NCBI GenBank assembly: GCA_042216015.1
Contig: JBDGUI010000032.1
Coordinates: forward strand, 1 to 51,652
DNA length: 51,652 bases
Origin: Halodesulfurarchaeum sp.
GTDB lineage: Archaea; Halobacteriota; Halobacteria; Halobacteriales; Halobacteriaceae
Reading direction: 5' to 3'
Shown piece after piece: positions 18,156-27,929 of the stretch. How positions within the stretch are numbered: the stretch's first letter is position 1; each line of letters starts with the position of its first letter. The translations under genes were made by a program, and so were the position numbers. Under the pieces are notes generated by a model. It had not been told where the DNA came from and did not search any database. It saw nothing but the letters and a program-made list of their open reading frames with translations.

Positions 18156-19708
18156 CTCCCATGTCAGAGGACACCATTTCCACGACGCGTGCGGAGCTGG
18201 TCGAGAATGAAAAGACCCCGCTTCGCGAGCGGATCGCCGAAAACCCGGAACCGGCCATGCGATGGAGCGCGGTGATGGCGGTTCTCGTGCTCGTCCAGAT
18301 CTTCACGTTCGCCGAAATCGCGGTGACGATGCTCGATGCACTGGTCGTTGGCCTCACCGGAGTGCTGGACGTCATCGTCGGCCTCGTCTCACCCGCGGCC
18401 GCCGGGGCGATCGTCGACCTCCAGACGGCGACCACCGCTTTTCTCGGTGGCATTCACGAATTTCTCGAACAGCTCCCCACCCTCCTCAGTCGGGACGTCA
18501 TCCCGAACCAGGGCTATCGAATGGGGCCAAATGGATCGTGGGTCGGGACCTTCCTGGGTCTTCAGCCGGCGGTCGCCTGGGCCATTCGATTCGTACTGCT
18601 CGTCGGCTATTCGATCTTCTTCGCGTTCTGGGTCTTCAAGGGATGGCTCGTGTTCCGAGAGCACTACCGACACGAGGAGTGGACTCCAACGGACGACATC
18701 GTTCGCCGCCTTCGAGGCCACCGCTGGGGCCAGTTCGGAATCGTCGTCCTCGTCCTGTTCTTGATGATGGGGGTCTTTGGTCCGGCACTCGGCCCGACGA
18801 CGGTCGAGCAGAACATCCAGCAACCCTACAGTTACGACATCAAGTACTTCTCCGAGGAAACCGGCCAGGTCGAAACGGTCCCGGTCGGGAAGGCGAATTT
18901 CCTGTCGAAATCCAAGGGGTCGGTGGGACAGAACGTCGCCCCGATGACCTACGACGATTTCGGCCGGTTCCACCCGTTTGGAACCCTCCCCAACGGGCGT
19001 GATCTCTTCACGTTCATGATGGGCGGGGCCCGCATCTCGCTCATCGTCTCCGGAATGGCGATCGGGATCGCCTCGCTCATCGCAGCGGTGCTCTCGATGA
19101 TCTCAGCGTACTACACGGGGTGGATCGACCTCACGATCCTGACCACCGCGGAGGGGGTCATGTCGATCCCCCGGTTGCTCCTGCTCATCATGGTGAGCGT
19201 GGTCTTTGCCAACCACTGGCTCGGTGGAGTCCTCGACGGTGGATTCCTCCTCGCGCTCGTGTTCGCGTTCACCACCTGGCCGTTCCTGTGGCGGGCCGTC
19301 CGTGGCCCCGCACTGCAGGTCTCAGAGGAGGGCTGGATCAAGGCCGCAAAGAGCTTCGGCCAGCGGCCCAGGACGATCATGCGCAAGCACATGCTGCCCT
19401 ACATCGTCGGCTACCTGATGGTGTATGCCTCCATGTCGACGGGCGGGATCATCATCGGACTCGCCGCACTCTCCTTCCTCGGGAACGGGCTGGGTATCAC
19501 CCCACCGACGCCGGCCTGGGGACGCGCCGTCTCGCTCGGACAACCCTATGTCTCCGGGCCGTCCTGGCACATCTCCTTCATCCCGGGGGTGATGATCGTC
19601 TTCCTCGTGACCGGACTGAACGCGTTCGGTGACGGCATCCGGGACGCGATCGATCCCGAGACGGAGGGTGGAGACGTCGAGGAGGCGACGATGGGAGGTG
19701 GTGGCTGA
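18152..19708 (+). CDS. dppC: Peptide ABC transporter permease with N-terminal membrane extension
   Basis: HPFGTLPNGRDLF, GARISL, AAKSFG, NAFGDGIRDAIDP; start GTG 18152 or ATG 18161. Confidence 0.9.
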   Translation: MTPMSEDTISTTRAELVENEKTPLRERIAENPEPAMRWSAVMAVLVLVQIFTFAEIAVTMLDALVVGLTGVLDVIVGLVSPAAAGAIVDLQTATTAFLGGIHEFLEQLPTLLSRDVIPNQGYRMGPNGSWVGTFLGLQPAVAWAIRFVLLVGYSIFFAFWVFKGWLVFREHYRHEEWTPTDDIVRRLRGHRWGQFGIVVLVLFLMMGVFGPALGPTTVEQNIQQPYSYDIKYFSEETGQVETVPVGKANFLSKSKGSVGQNVAPMTYDDFGRFHPFGTLPNGRDLFTFMMGGARISLIVSGMAIGIASLIAAVLSMISAYYTGWIDLTILTTAEGVMSIPRLLLLIMVSVVFANHWLGGVLDGGFLLALVFAFTTWPFLWRAVRGPALQVSEEGWIKAAKSFGQRPRTIMRKHMLPYIVGYLMVYASMSTGGIIIGLAALSFLGNGLGITPPTPAWGRAVSLGQPYVSGPSWHISFIPGVMIVFLVTGLNAFGDGIRDAIDPETEGGDVEEATMGGGG

Positions 19709-20778
19709 TGGCTGACACCACGGCGGAAACGATCCTCTCGGTCCGGAATCTCCAGACGGTGTTCTACACCGATCGCGAGACGATACGGGCCGTCGACGAC
19801 ATCACGTTCGACGTGAAACGTGGCGAAACCGTCGGTCTCGTCGGCGAATCGGGATCCGGCAAGAGCGTCACCGCCCGATCGATCATGGGAATGATCGAAT
19901 CCCCTGGCCGGATCCTGTCCGGTTCCTCGATCCGATTCGAGGGTCGTGAACTCACTGACCTGTCGAACGCGGAGTACCGGAAGGTACGGGGCAGCGGCAT
20001 CGGGATGGTCTTCCAGGACCCGCGGAACTCGTTGAATCCGGTCTATACCATCGGGAATCAAATCAAGGAGGCCCTGAAGGTCAACCGGGGAATCACGGGA
20101 AAGGCGGCGACCGAGGAGGCGATCACCCTGCTCGAGGCCGTCGGCATTCCGGACGCGGAGCGCCGGCTCGGGGAGTACCCCCACGAGTTCTCCGGCGGGA
20201 TGAACCAGCGGGCGGTCATCGCGATGGTGCTCGCCTGCGAACCGGAGTTCCTGATCGTCGACGAGCCGACGACGGCCCTGGACGTGACCATCCAGGCCCA
20301 GATCCTCGACCTGCTCAAGGACCTCCAGGAGGAGCGAAACCTCTCGATCCTCTTCATCACCCACGACATGGGCGTGATCGCCGATATCGCGGACCGAGTG
20401 AACGTCATGTACGCCGGACAGATCGTCGAGACGGCCCCCGTCGAACCGCTCTTTGCCCAGCCGAAACATCCCTACACCGAGGCGCTCATCGAGACCATCC
20501 CCGGCGAGAAGACCCGGAAACAGGGCCTCCGAACCATCGAGGGCGAAGTCCCGACGCCCAACGAGCCGGCGTCGTACTGTCGGTTCGCCCCCCGGTGTGA
20601 GTACGCCTTCGAGGCCTGTGAGTCACATCCACCGGCCCACGTCGAGGCGGGCGAAACGGCGGATCACACCGCGGCCTGTCTGCTCTATCCCGAGGACCTC
20701 GACGAAGCGGCCCGCCTCGAGTATCATCAACAGTTACAGGCCGCCGGCGACGCCGAGTCCGGAGGTACGAACCAATGA
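19708..20778 (+). CDS. dppD: Peptide ABC transporter ATP-binding protein
   Basis: GESGSGKS, FSGGMNQR, DEPTTALD, oligo_HPY C-terminus with Cys. Confidence 0.94.
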   Translation: MADTTAETILSVRNLQTVFYTDRETIRAVDDITFDVKRGETVGLVGESGSGKSVTARSIMGMIESPGRILSGSSIRFEGRELTDLSNAEYRKVRGSGIGMVFQDPRNSLNPVYTIGNQIKEALKVNRGITGKAATEEAITLLEAVGIPDAERRLGEYPHEFSGGMNQRAVIAMVLACEPEFLIVDEPTTALDVTIQAQILDLLKDLQEERNLSILFITHDMGVIADIADRVNVMYAGQIVETAPVEPLFAQPKHPYTEALIETIPGEKTRKQGLRTIEGEVPTPNEPASYCRFAPRCEYAFEACESHPPAHVEAGETADHTAACLLYPEDLDEAARLEYHQQLQAAGDAESGGTNQ

Positions 20779-22103
20779 GCGAGTCGGATCTCCGTCCCGA
20801 CCGGACGGTTCGACCGGGCGAGCCACTCATCGAGGTCTCCGGCCTGAAAAAGCACTACGGCGGCGACGGAGTCTTCGCCGGACCGCCGGTCAAGGCCCTC
20901 GACGGCGTCAGCTTTACCATCAAGCGGGGGGAGACCCTGGGGCTCGTCGGCGAGTCCGGCTGTGGGAAGAGCACGCTCGGCCGCACGATGATTCGGCTCG
21001 AACGGGCGACCGAGGGCACGGTGGAGTTCGACGGGACCGACATCACCACCCTCTCCGGTCGCGACCTCCATCGGTGGCGCAAAAACGCCCAGATGGTCTT
21101 CCAGGACCCCGAGTCGAGCCTGGACGACCGCATGACGGTGGGGGAAATCGTTCGAGAACCACTCGACGCCCACGACTGGGGAAGCGACCGCGACCGGCGG
21201 AGGAGGGTCCTCGACCTTCTCGAGGATGTCGGACTTCAGGAGGAGCACTACTACCGCTATCCCACCCAGTTCTCCGGCGGGCAGCGCCAGCGGATCGGCA
21301 TCGCCCGCGCGCTGGCACTGGAGCCCGAGTTCATCGTCCTCGACGAGCCGGTGAGCGCCCTCGACGTGAGCGTTCAGGCGAAGATCATCAGCCTCCTCGA
21401 GCGACTCCAGGACGAGTTCGACCTGACCTACCTCTTCATCGCCCACGACCTCTCCGTGGTCCGGCACATCACGGACCGCGTGGCGGTGATGTATCTCGGG
21501 AAGATCATGGAACTCGGGGAGACCGAGGAACTGTTCCAGAACCCATCGAACCCCTACACCCGATCGTTGCTCTCGGCCATCCCGGTCCCGGATCCGGCCG
21601 CCTCGGATCACCGAATCACCCTCCCGGGATCGCCACCGAGTCCCCGAGATCCACCCGCTGGCTGCCAGTTCTCGACTCGCTGTCCCGCGAAGATCCGACC
21701 GGACGGGTACGACCTCTCCGAGGACGGCTGGGACGCGATCGAGCGGTTCCGGGAGATCGTCCGCGAACGGTCCCGCATCAGCCTGGGCGTCCCCGACCTC
21801 GTCAAACGGCAGGTGGGGCTGTTCTCGCGGTACGACGACATCGACCACACGGTGGATGACCTCTTCGAGGACGTCGACGTCACTCAGGAGACCGCGGAGA
21901 TCATCGAGACGGCCGCAGCGCGAGTCCGGGCGGGGTATCCCGGGGAGGCACGCGCCCATCTCGATTCGGCGTTCAATAGCGTGTGTGACCGGGAACGGCC
22001 CGAATTTCACGATATCAGCGCCTCGGGCAGACAGAGTTACTGTCACCGCCACAGCCCGGACCACGAGGACGTCGGACCGGTGCTCGAACGCCGGACCCAA
22101 TGA
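20775..22103 (+). CDS. dppF: Peptide ABC transporter ATP-binding protein
   Basis: GESGCGKS, FSGGQRQR, DEPVSALD, NPYT, GCQFSTRCP...C...CH with a helical insertion. Confidence 0.94.
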   Translation: MSESDLRPDRTVRPGEPLIEVSGLKKHYGGDGVFAGPPVKALDGVSFTIKRGETLGLVGESGCGKSTLGRTMIRLERATEGTVEFDGTDITTLSGRDLHRWRKNAQMVFQDPESSLDDRMTVGEIVREPLDAHDWGSDRDRRRRVLDLLEDVGLQEEHYYRYPTQFSGGQRQRIGIARALALEPEFIVLDEPVSALDVSVQAKIISLLERLQDEFDLTYLFIAHDLSVVRHITDRVAVMYLGKIMELGETEELFQNPSNPYTRSLLSAIPVPDPAASDHRITLPGSPPSPRDPPAGCQFSTRCPAKIRPDGYDLSEDGWDAIERFREIVRERSRISLGVPDLVKRQVGLFSRYDDIDHTVDDLFEDVDVTQETAEIIETAAARVRAGYPGEARAHLDSAFNSVCDRERPEFHDISASGRQSYCHRHSPDHEDVGPVLERRTQ

Positions 22104-22501
22104 CGCGCCGCCTGCGGGCACTCGAGGCGCTCTACTGGATCCTCGCGGTCTCCGGGATGGTCGTCCTCGGCCTCGCCGTGCTCGCCTTCGTGTTCGGCGA
22201 CGGGCTGCTCACGCTCAAGTACCTCCTGTTCGTCGTCGGGTTCCTGCTGTTCGGCGTCGGAAGCTGGTCGCTCTGGGCGGGGAACCGACGACGGCCGACG
22301 ATCTGGCCGAATATCGATCTCGGGCCCGCGGAAACCGAGGAGATCTGGTTCGAACGCCGTCTCTGGTCGCTTCCGGGGCTTCGGGGCGAATGGCTTCCCC
22401 CACAGGACCGCGTTTCGCGATCGATCAAACTCTTTCTCGCCAGCCTGGTCGTCCTCGGGAGTTCCTACCTGCTCGAGGCGGCTTTCGGCGTCGCGATCTG
22501 A
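22100..22501 (+). CDS. Haloarchaeal membrane hypothetical protein, last gene of the dpp operon
   Basis: Three hydrophobic segments; ATGA overlap with dppF. Confidence 0.75.
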   Translation: MTRRLRALEALYWILAVSGMVVLGLAVLAFVFGDGLLTLKYLLFVVGFLLFGVGSWSLWAGNRRRPTIWPNIDLGPAETEEIWFERRLWSLPGLRGEWLPPQDRVSRSIKLFLASLVVLGSSYLLEAAFGVAI

Positions 22502-22540
22502 CCGCCGACCATTTATCCCTGCTCGCGCCGTTTTCCTCCC

Positions 22541-23092
22541 ATGGCCAGAATTGGGCCCGACGATTCCGAACTCGACGAGGCCGAGCAGATGGCCCAGCGG
22601 AGTGACGATGTACGAACCGGCTGGAGCCAGACGATCGAGGATATGCGGGCGATGGCCGAGAACCGACGTGAGGCCGGCTATGAAGCCCTCACACTCCAGG
22701 CCGGGAACACGGCCCCAATCGCCCCGGAGCAGGGTGAGTCAGCGGACTGGGGGCTCTTTCACGTCATTCCGGGCGATGACGCCGAGGCGTTTCGGGACCT
22801 CGTGCAGCGGGCCGATTTCGAGGAGACGGGGGTCTACCAGGCGTCGATCGGCCGGGATACCTTCCTCGTGACCGAGTGCATCGACCACGACGCCGAACTC
22901 GTCCTTCTGATCGCCGGGAGCTACACGAGGGAAGCCGCCCCCGAACTCGTCCGGGCCGCGATGGACCGCGGTCGCCTGTACACCCACGTCAAGACACTCG
23001 ACGGAACGATCCTGGGAACGATCGAACACGACGATCCGGCCGCGTTTTTCCCCGACCCCGACGCCATTTTTGCCTACGAACACGGGGAGTGA
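22541..23092 (+). CDS. Haloarchaeal hypothetical protein
   Basis: Acidic 183-aa ORF (WSQTIEDMRAMA...IEHDDPAAFFP); TATA-like tttat ~27 nt upstream. Confidence 0.8.
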   Translation: MARIGPDDSELDEAEQMAQRSDDVRTGWSQTIEDMRAMAENRREAGYEALTLQAGNTAPIAPEQGESADWGLFHVIPGDDAEAFRDLVQRADFEETGVYQASIGRDTFLVTECIDHDAELVLLIAGSYTREAAPELVRAAMDRGRLYTHVKTLDGTILGTIEHDDPAAFFPDPDAIFAYEHGE

Positions 23093-23198
23093 GCCCGGCC
23101 GACATCCGATTGGGGGGACGAAATTATTGTTGGGAGACCAATCAGTCGACGCCGATCCGATGATCTTAAATAACGATTGCGACTTTGTACCACACGTC

Positions 23199-23369
23199 AT
23201 GGTGTCCAATGCCACGTCCATGGCCGCCGCGGAACCGAAACCCGAGGTCATGGCTGCCGTCGAGGAGGACGATTCGCAGTCGCGGTACGTCATCGCCGAC
23301 ATCACCCGGGACGAGGCCTGGGTAAGGGCGCCGATGGCCGCGACACGCGACCTCGAGGCGTGGCGATAG
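23199..23369 (+). CDS. Small haloarchaeal hypothetical protein
   Basis: VMAAVEEDDSQSRYVIADITRDEAWV...DLEAWR; TATA cttaaata at 23165-23172 fits ATG 23199 (or 23220). Confidence 0.75.
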   Translation: MVSNATSMAAAEPKPEVMAAVEEDDSQSRYVIADITRDEAWVRAPMAATRDLEAWR

Positions 23370-23405
23370 GCCACCTTTTTGCCGACGGACCCCGTCCCGC
23401 ACGGT

Positions 23406-23828
23406 ATGCACTTCAGGGAGGTGACGCCCGAGCGAACCCTGCTCGTCGAACTCGCGTATGACGAGTCACTCGCCGCGGAACTGCGCGCGTTCGCCGAGGC
23501 CGCCGGCCTCCAGTCGGCCTGGGTCCTCGGGTCGGGAGCTCTCCGGACGGCCGAACTGGCCGTCTACGACCAGGACGAGTTCGACCCCGAGGCCGTCGCG
23601 TTCGACGAACCGCTCGAGATGCCGGTATTCGCCGCCACCATCGGGACCGGGGACGAAACGCCGACGGTGAGTGCCCGGGCGGTGCTCGCGCGGCCCTCTG
23701 GACAGGCCCTCGCCGGCCGCCTCGAGTCGGCCACCGTCTTCGGTGGCGAGGCCGTCGTCTGGGCGTTCGAGGAATCACTCGAGAGAACCCCCGCCGAGGA
23801 AACTGGCATGGACCGCTACGCACTGTAG
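23406..23828 (+). CDS. PPC/DUF296 domain protein
   Basis: GSGALRTAELAVYDQ, FDEPLE, RPSGQALAG; stop directly abuts the polC ATG. Confidence 0.8.
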   Translation: MHFREVTPERTLLVELAYDESLAAELRAFAEAAGLQSAWVLGSGALRTAELAVYDQDEFDPEAVAFDEPLEMPVFAATIGTGDETPTVSARAVLARPSGQALAGRLESATVFGGEAVVWAFEESLERTPAEETGMDRYAL

Positions 23829-26800
23829 ATGCGCGAGGTCGAATCCGCGTACTTCGAGGAACTCGAATCCAGGCTCCAGCGGGCCATCTCGATCGCCGAG
23901 CGCGCCCGCGAGAACGGCGAGGACCCGGTCCCCGAGGTCGAGATCCCTGTGGCGACGGACATGGCCGACCGCGTCGAGAACATCCTGGGCATCGACGGGG
24001 TGGCCGAGCGGGTCAGGGAACTCGAGGACGATTACTCCCGCGAGCGGGCCGCGCTCATGCTCGTCGAGGACTTCGTCGAGGGAACCGTCGGCGACTACGA
24101 GACCCGCGAGGGGAAAGTCGAGGGGGCGGTCCGGACCGCGGTCGCCCTGTTGACCGAGGGTGTCGTCGCCGCGCCGATCGAGGGGATCGACCGGGTCGAG
24201 CTGCGCCAGAACGACGACGGCTCGGAGTTCGTCGCAGTCTCGTATGCCGGGCCGATCCGCTCGGCCGGCGGGACGGCCCAGGCGCTCTCCGTGCTCGTTG
24301 CCGACTACGCCCGCGCCCTGCTCGGGATCGAGGCCTATCATCCCCGGGAGGACGAGGTCGAACGGTACGCCGAGGAGGTCGCCCTCTACGACCAGGAGAC
24401 CGGGTTGCAGTACACCCCCTCCGACGCGGAGGCCAAACACATCGCCCGGAACGTGCCGATCATGCTCGACGGCGAGGCCACCGGCGAGGGGGAGGTCTCC
24501 GGGTTCAGGGACCTCGATCGAGTCGACACGAACCGCTCCCGCGGCGGCATGTGTCTCGTGCTCGCGGAGGGGATCGCCCTCAAGGCCCCGAAGATCGAGC
24601 GGTACACCGACGAACTCGACGACGTCGAGTGGCCGTGGCTCGGGTCGCTCATCGACGGCGACCTCGGGGCGGAGACGGCGCCAGCAGACGGGGACGCCCT
24701 CGAACGAGCCGAGGAACCGGAGGACCCCTCGACCGGCCCGCCCCGCGTCGAGCCCTCGGAGAAGTACCTCCGGGACCTCATTGCCGGCCGCCCGGTCTTC
24801 TCCCACCCGAGTGAACCGGGCGGGTTCAGGCTGCGCTACGGCCGTGCACGCAATCATGGCTTTGCGACCGCCGGGGTCCACCCGGCGACGATGCACCTCG
24901 TCGATGACTTCCTCGCGACGGGCACCCAGATCAAGACCGAGCGACCGGGCAAGGCCGCCGGGGTCGTCCCCGTGGATTCGATCGAGGGGCCGACGGTCAA
25001 ACTCGCGAACGGCGACGTACGCCGGATCGACGACCCGGCCGAAGCCCTGGAGGTGCGAAACGGCGTGGAGGCGGTCCTCGACCTGGGCGAGTACCTCGTG
25101 AACTACGGCGAGTTCGTCGAGAACAACCAGCCCCTCGCCCCGGCCTCCTACACGGTCGAGTGGTGGAAAAAAGACATGGCGGCCGCGGGAGCCAACGTAC
25201 AGGCCCTCGAGGACTCGCCATACGTCGACCTCGCAAACCCCGACCCCGAGCAGGCGCTCAACTGGGCCCGGGATCACGACGCGCCGCTGCACCCCGAGTA
25301 CACCTATCTCTATCACGATATCGACTGTGCGGCCCTCGACGAACTCGCCTCGGCCCTGGCCGAGGGGTCGATCGATGGCGACACCCTCGCAGTCCCCCGG
25401 TCCGACTCGGTCCGCGAAATCCTCGAAGTGCTGCTCGTCACCCACCACCAGTCCATGGACTCCCTCGAAATCGAGGACTGGCGCCCGCTGGTCCGGACGA
25501 TGGGACTCACGACCGACCTCGAACGCGAGTGGGAACTGGGGGACCTCTCCGAATCGGCCCGCGAGTGGGACAACGCCATGAAGGCCATCGAGGAGGTCGC
25601 CCCGTTCGCCGTCCGGGAGCGGGCTCCCACTCGCATCGGGAACCGGATGGGCCGACCGGAGAAGTCCGAATCCCGCGACCTGAGCCCGGCGGTTCACACG
25701 CTCTTCCCAATCGCCGAGGCGGGCGGCGACCAGCGCGACGTCGCCAAGGCGGCCGCCGCGGGCGACGAACTCGACGGGAGCCAGGGAACCGTCGAGGTCG
25801 AACTCGGCCGGCGGGAGTGTCCCGCCTGCGGGACCGAAACCTTCCGCCCCCGCTGTCCCGGGTGTGGCGAGCAAACCGACCCGCATTACGAGTGTCCAGA
25901 GTGCAACGTGCGGGCCGAACCGGACGACGGCGAGCGGGTCGAGTGCCCCCGCTGCGATCGGGAACTCTCGAACGTCGACCGCCAGACCGTCGACGTGGGG
26001 CGGGAGTTTCACGAGGCGCTCGCTTCGGTCGGGGAGCGCGAGACCGCCTTCGACATCGTGAAGGGCGTCAAGGGGTTGATGTCCGCGACCAAGGTCCCCG
26101 AGCCGATGGAGAAGGGAATCCTCCGGGCCAAACACGGCGTGACGGCGTTCAAGGACGGCACGGTCCGCTACGACATGACCGACCTGCCGGTGACGGCGGT
26201 CCGCCCGGCCGAACTCGACGTGACGGTCGCGGACTTCCGCGAACTGGGTTACGAGGAGGACATCAACGGCGAACCGCTCGAGCATCCCGACCAGCTCGTG
26301 GAACTGCGGGTCCAGGACGTCGTCCTCTCCGACGGCGCCGCCGAACACATGCTCAAGACCGCTTCCTTCGTCGACGAACTTCTCACGGATTACTACGACC
26401 TCGACCCCTTCTACGAACTCGAGGATCGCGAGGACCTGGTCGGCGAACTGGTCTTCGGGATGGCACCCCACACCAGCGCGGCGGTCGTGGGCCGGGTCGT
26501 GGGCTTTACCTCCGCGGCTGTGGGCTACGCCCATCCGTACTTTCACGCCTCGAAGCGGCGGAACTGCTTCCATCCCGAGACGAAACTCTGGTTCCAGGAC
26601 GAGACGGGTGTCTGGCACTACGATCCGATCGAGGAATTCGTGGAGGGCCGGTTGGAAGCTCCCCGCGAGGACGATTTCGGCACGTTGGTCGAGGAACTCG
26701 AGGGCCAGATCCACGTTCCATCCATCAAGGCGGACGGAACACCGTCGTTGGAACCTATCTCTGCGGTATCGAAACACGTCTCGACTGATCACCTCCTCGA

Positions 26801-27908
26801 AATCGAGTTGGAAACTGGCCGGTCCCTGACGGTAACGCCGGACCATTCGATGCGAAAGTGGGATGCGGGGGTCTGCGAACTGGCCGCATCACAAATTGAG
26901 GTCGGAGACGTGATTCCACGGCCGGATACCGAATCTGGGGGAGCAACAATCTCCGATGGCTCACAGCTCGAGAGCTGGCTCGCTAACACCGGGTCGAGTG
27001 AGGTTCAGTCGAACTTTCTTGCTGCTGACGGCAGTAACGGGCCAGTGGAACTTGACGAAGTCGTCTCGGTCGAGATCAGGGAAAGCGACGTCGAGCATAC
27101 GTATTCGGTAACGGTCGAGAACACACATACGCTCCTTGCGAATGGGTACCATGTCGGTCAGTGCGACGGCGACGAAGATTGCGTCATGCTCCTCATGGAC
27201 GGCCTGCTCAACTTCTCGAAGAAATATTTGCCCGACTCGCGGGGCGGGCGGATGGACGCCCCACTCGTCATGTCCTCCCGGATCGACCCCGAGGAGATCG
27301 ACGACGAGGCCCACAACATGGACACCGTCCGGGAGTACTCCCGTGAGTTCTACGAGGCGACCCGCGAGATGGCCGATCCCGGCGCGGTCGACGTCGAACT
27401 CGCCGAGGACCACCTCGGCACCGACCGGGAGTATTCGGACTTCGGGTTCACCCATGACACCTCGAACATCGCGCTCGGCCCCGATCTCTCCGCGTACAAG
27501 ACGCTGGGGTCGATGATGGACAAGATGGAGGCCCAGCTCGAACTCGCCCGCAAGCTCCGTGCCGTAGCGGAGAGCGACGTCGCCGAACGGGTGATCGAGT
27601 ATCACTTCCTGCCGGACCTGATCGGCAACCTGCGGGCCTTTACCCGCCAGGAGGTCCGGTGTCTCTCCTGTGGGACGAAGTACCGACGCGTGCCCCTCTC
27701 TGGCACCTGCCGGAACTGCGGCGGGAACGTAAATCTCACCGTCCACGAGGGCTCGGTGACGAAGTACCTCGAGACGGCAATCGAGGTCGCCGAGGAGTAC
27801 GGCTCGAGGGAGTACACCAAACAGCGCCTCCGGATTCTCGAGCGCTCGATCGACTCGATCTTCGAGAACGACAAGAACAAACAGAGCGGCATCGCTGACT
27901 TCATGTGA
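23829..27908 (+). CDS. polC: DNA polymerase D large subunit (DP2), intein-containing
   Basis: GPIRSAGGTAQA, GFRLRYGR, RIGNRMGRPEK, APHTSA, KRRN/CDGDED, Zn fingers, KQSGIADFM C-terminus. Confidence 0.97.
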   Translation: MREVESAYFEELESRLQRAISIAERARENGEDPVPEVEIPVATDMADRVENILGIDGVAERVRELEDDYSRERAALMLVEDFVEGTVGDYETREGKVEGAVRTAVALLTEGVVAAPIEGIDRVELRQNDDGSEFVAVSYAGPIRSAGGTAQALSVLVADYARALLGIEAYHPREDEVERYAEEVALYDQETGLQYTPSDAEAKHIARNVPIMLDGEATGEGEVSGFRDLDRVDTNRSRGGMCLVLAEGIALKAPKIERYTDELDDVEWPWLGSLIDGDLGAETAPADGDALERAEEPEDPSTGPPRVEPSEKYLRDLIAGRPVFSHPSEPGGFRLRYGRARNHGFATAGVHPATMHLVDDFLATGTQIKTERPGKAAGVVPVDSIEGPTVKLANGDVRRIDDPAEALEVRNGVEAVLDLGEYLVNYGEFVENNQPLAPASYTVEWWKKDMAAAGANVQALEDSPYVDLANPDPEQALNWARDHDAPLHPEYTYLYHDIDCAALDELASALAEGSIDGDTLAVPRSDSVREILEVLLVTHHQSMDSLEIEDWRPLVRTMGLTTDLEREWELGDLSESAREWDNAMKAIEEVAPFAVRERAPTRIGNRMGRPEKSESRDLSPAVHTLFPIAEAGGDQRDVAKAAAAGDELDGSQGTVEVELGRRECPACGTETFRPRCPGCGEQTDPHYECPECNVRAEPDDGERVECPRCDRELSNVDRQTVDVGREFHEALASVGERETAFDIVKGVKGLMSATKVPEPMEKGILRAKHGVTAFKDGTVRYDMTDLPVTAVRPAELDVTVADFRELGYEEDINGEPLEHPDQLVELRVQDVVLSDGAAEHMLKTASFVDELLTDYYDLDPFYELEDREDLVGELVFGMAPHTSAAVVGRVVGFTSAAVGYAHPYFHASKRRNCFHPETKLWFQDETGVWHYDPIEEFVEGRLEAPREDDFGTLVEELEGQIHVPSIKADGTPSLEPISAVSKHVSTDHLLEIELETGRSLTVTPDHSMRKWDAGVCELAASQIEVGDVIPRPDTESGGATISDGSQLESWLANTGSSEVQSNFLAADGSNGPVELDEVVSVEIRESDVEHTYSVTVENTHTLLANGYHVGQCDGDEDCVMLLMDGLLNFSKKYLPDSRGGRMDAPLVMSSRIDPEEIDDEAHNMDTVREYSREFYEATREMADPGAVDVELAEDHLGTDREYSDFGFTHDTSNIALGPDLSAYKTLGSMMDKMEAQLELARKLRAVAESDVAERVIEYHFLPDLIGNLRAFTRQEVRCLSCGTKYRRVPLSGTCRNCGGNVNLTVHEGSVTKYLETAIEVAEEYGSREYTKQRLRILERSIDSIFENDKNKQSGIADFM
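26565..27161 (+). mobile_element. Mini-intein (199 aa) in PolD DP2, no homing endonuclease
   Basis: Interrupts KRRN|CDGDED; begins CFHPET; block B VTPDH; ends ANGYHVGQ followed by extein Cys. Confidence 0.93.
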
Positions 27909-27929
27909 CCCAGTCTCCGCGATGACTGC

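Noticed and set aside
23775..26846. 1023-aa antisense ORF, and similar long ones such as 5696-7978, 14639-16666 and 1150-2622
   Set aside because: Antisense shadows of real genes, caused by high-GC codon bias; no recognisable motifs
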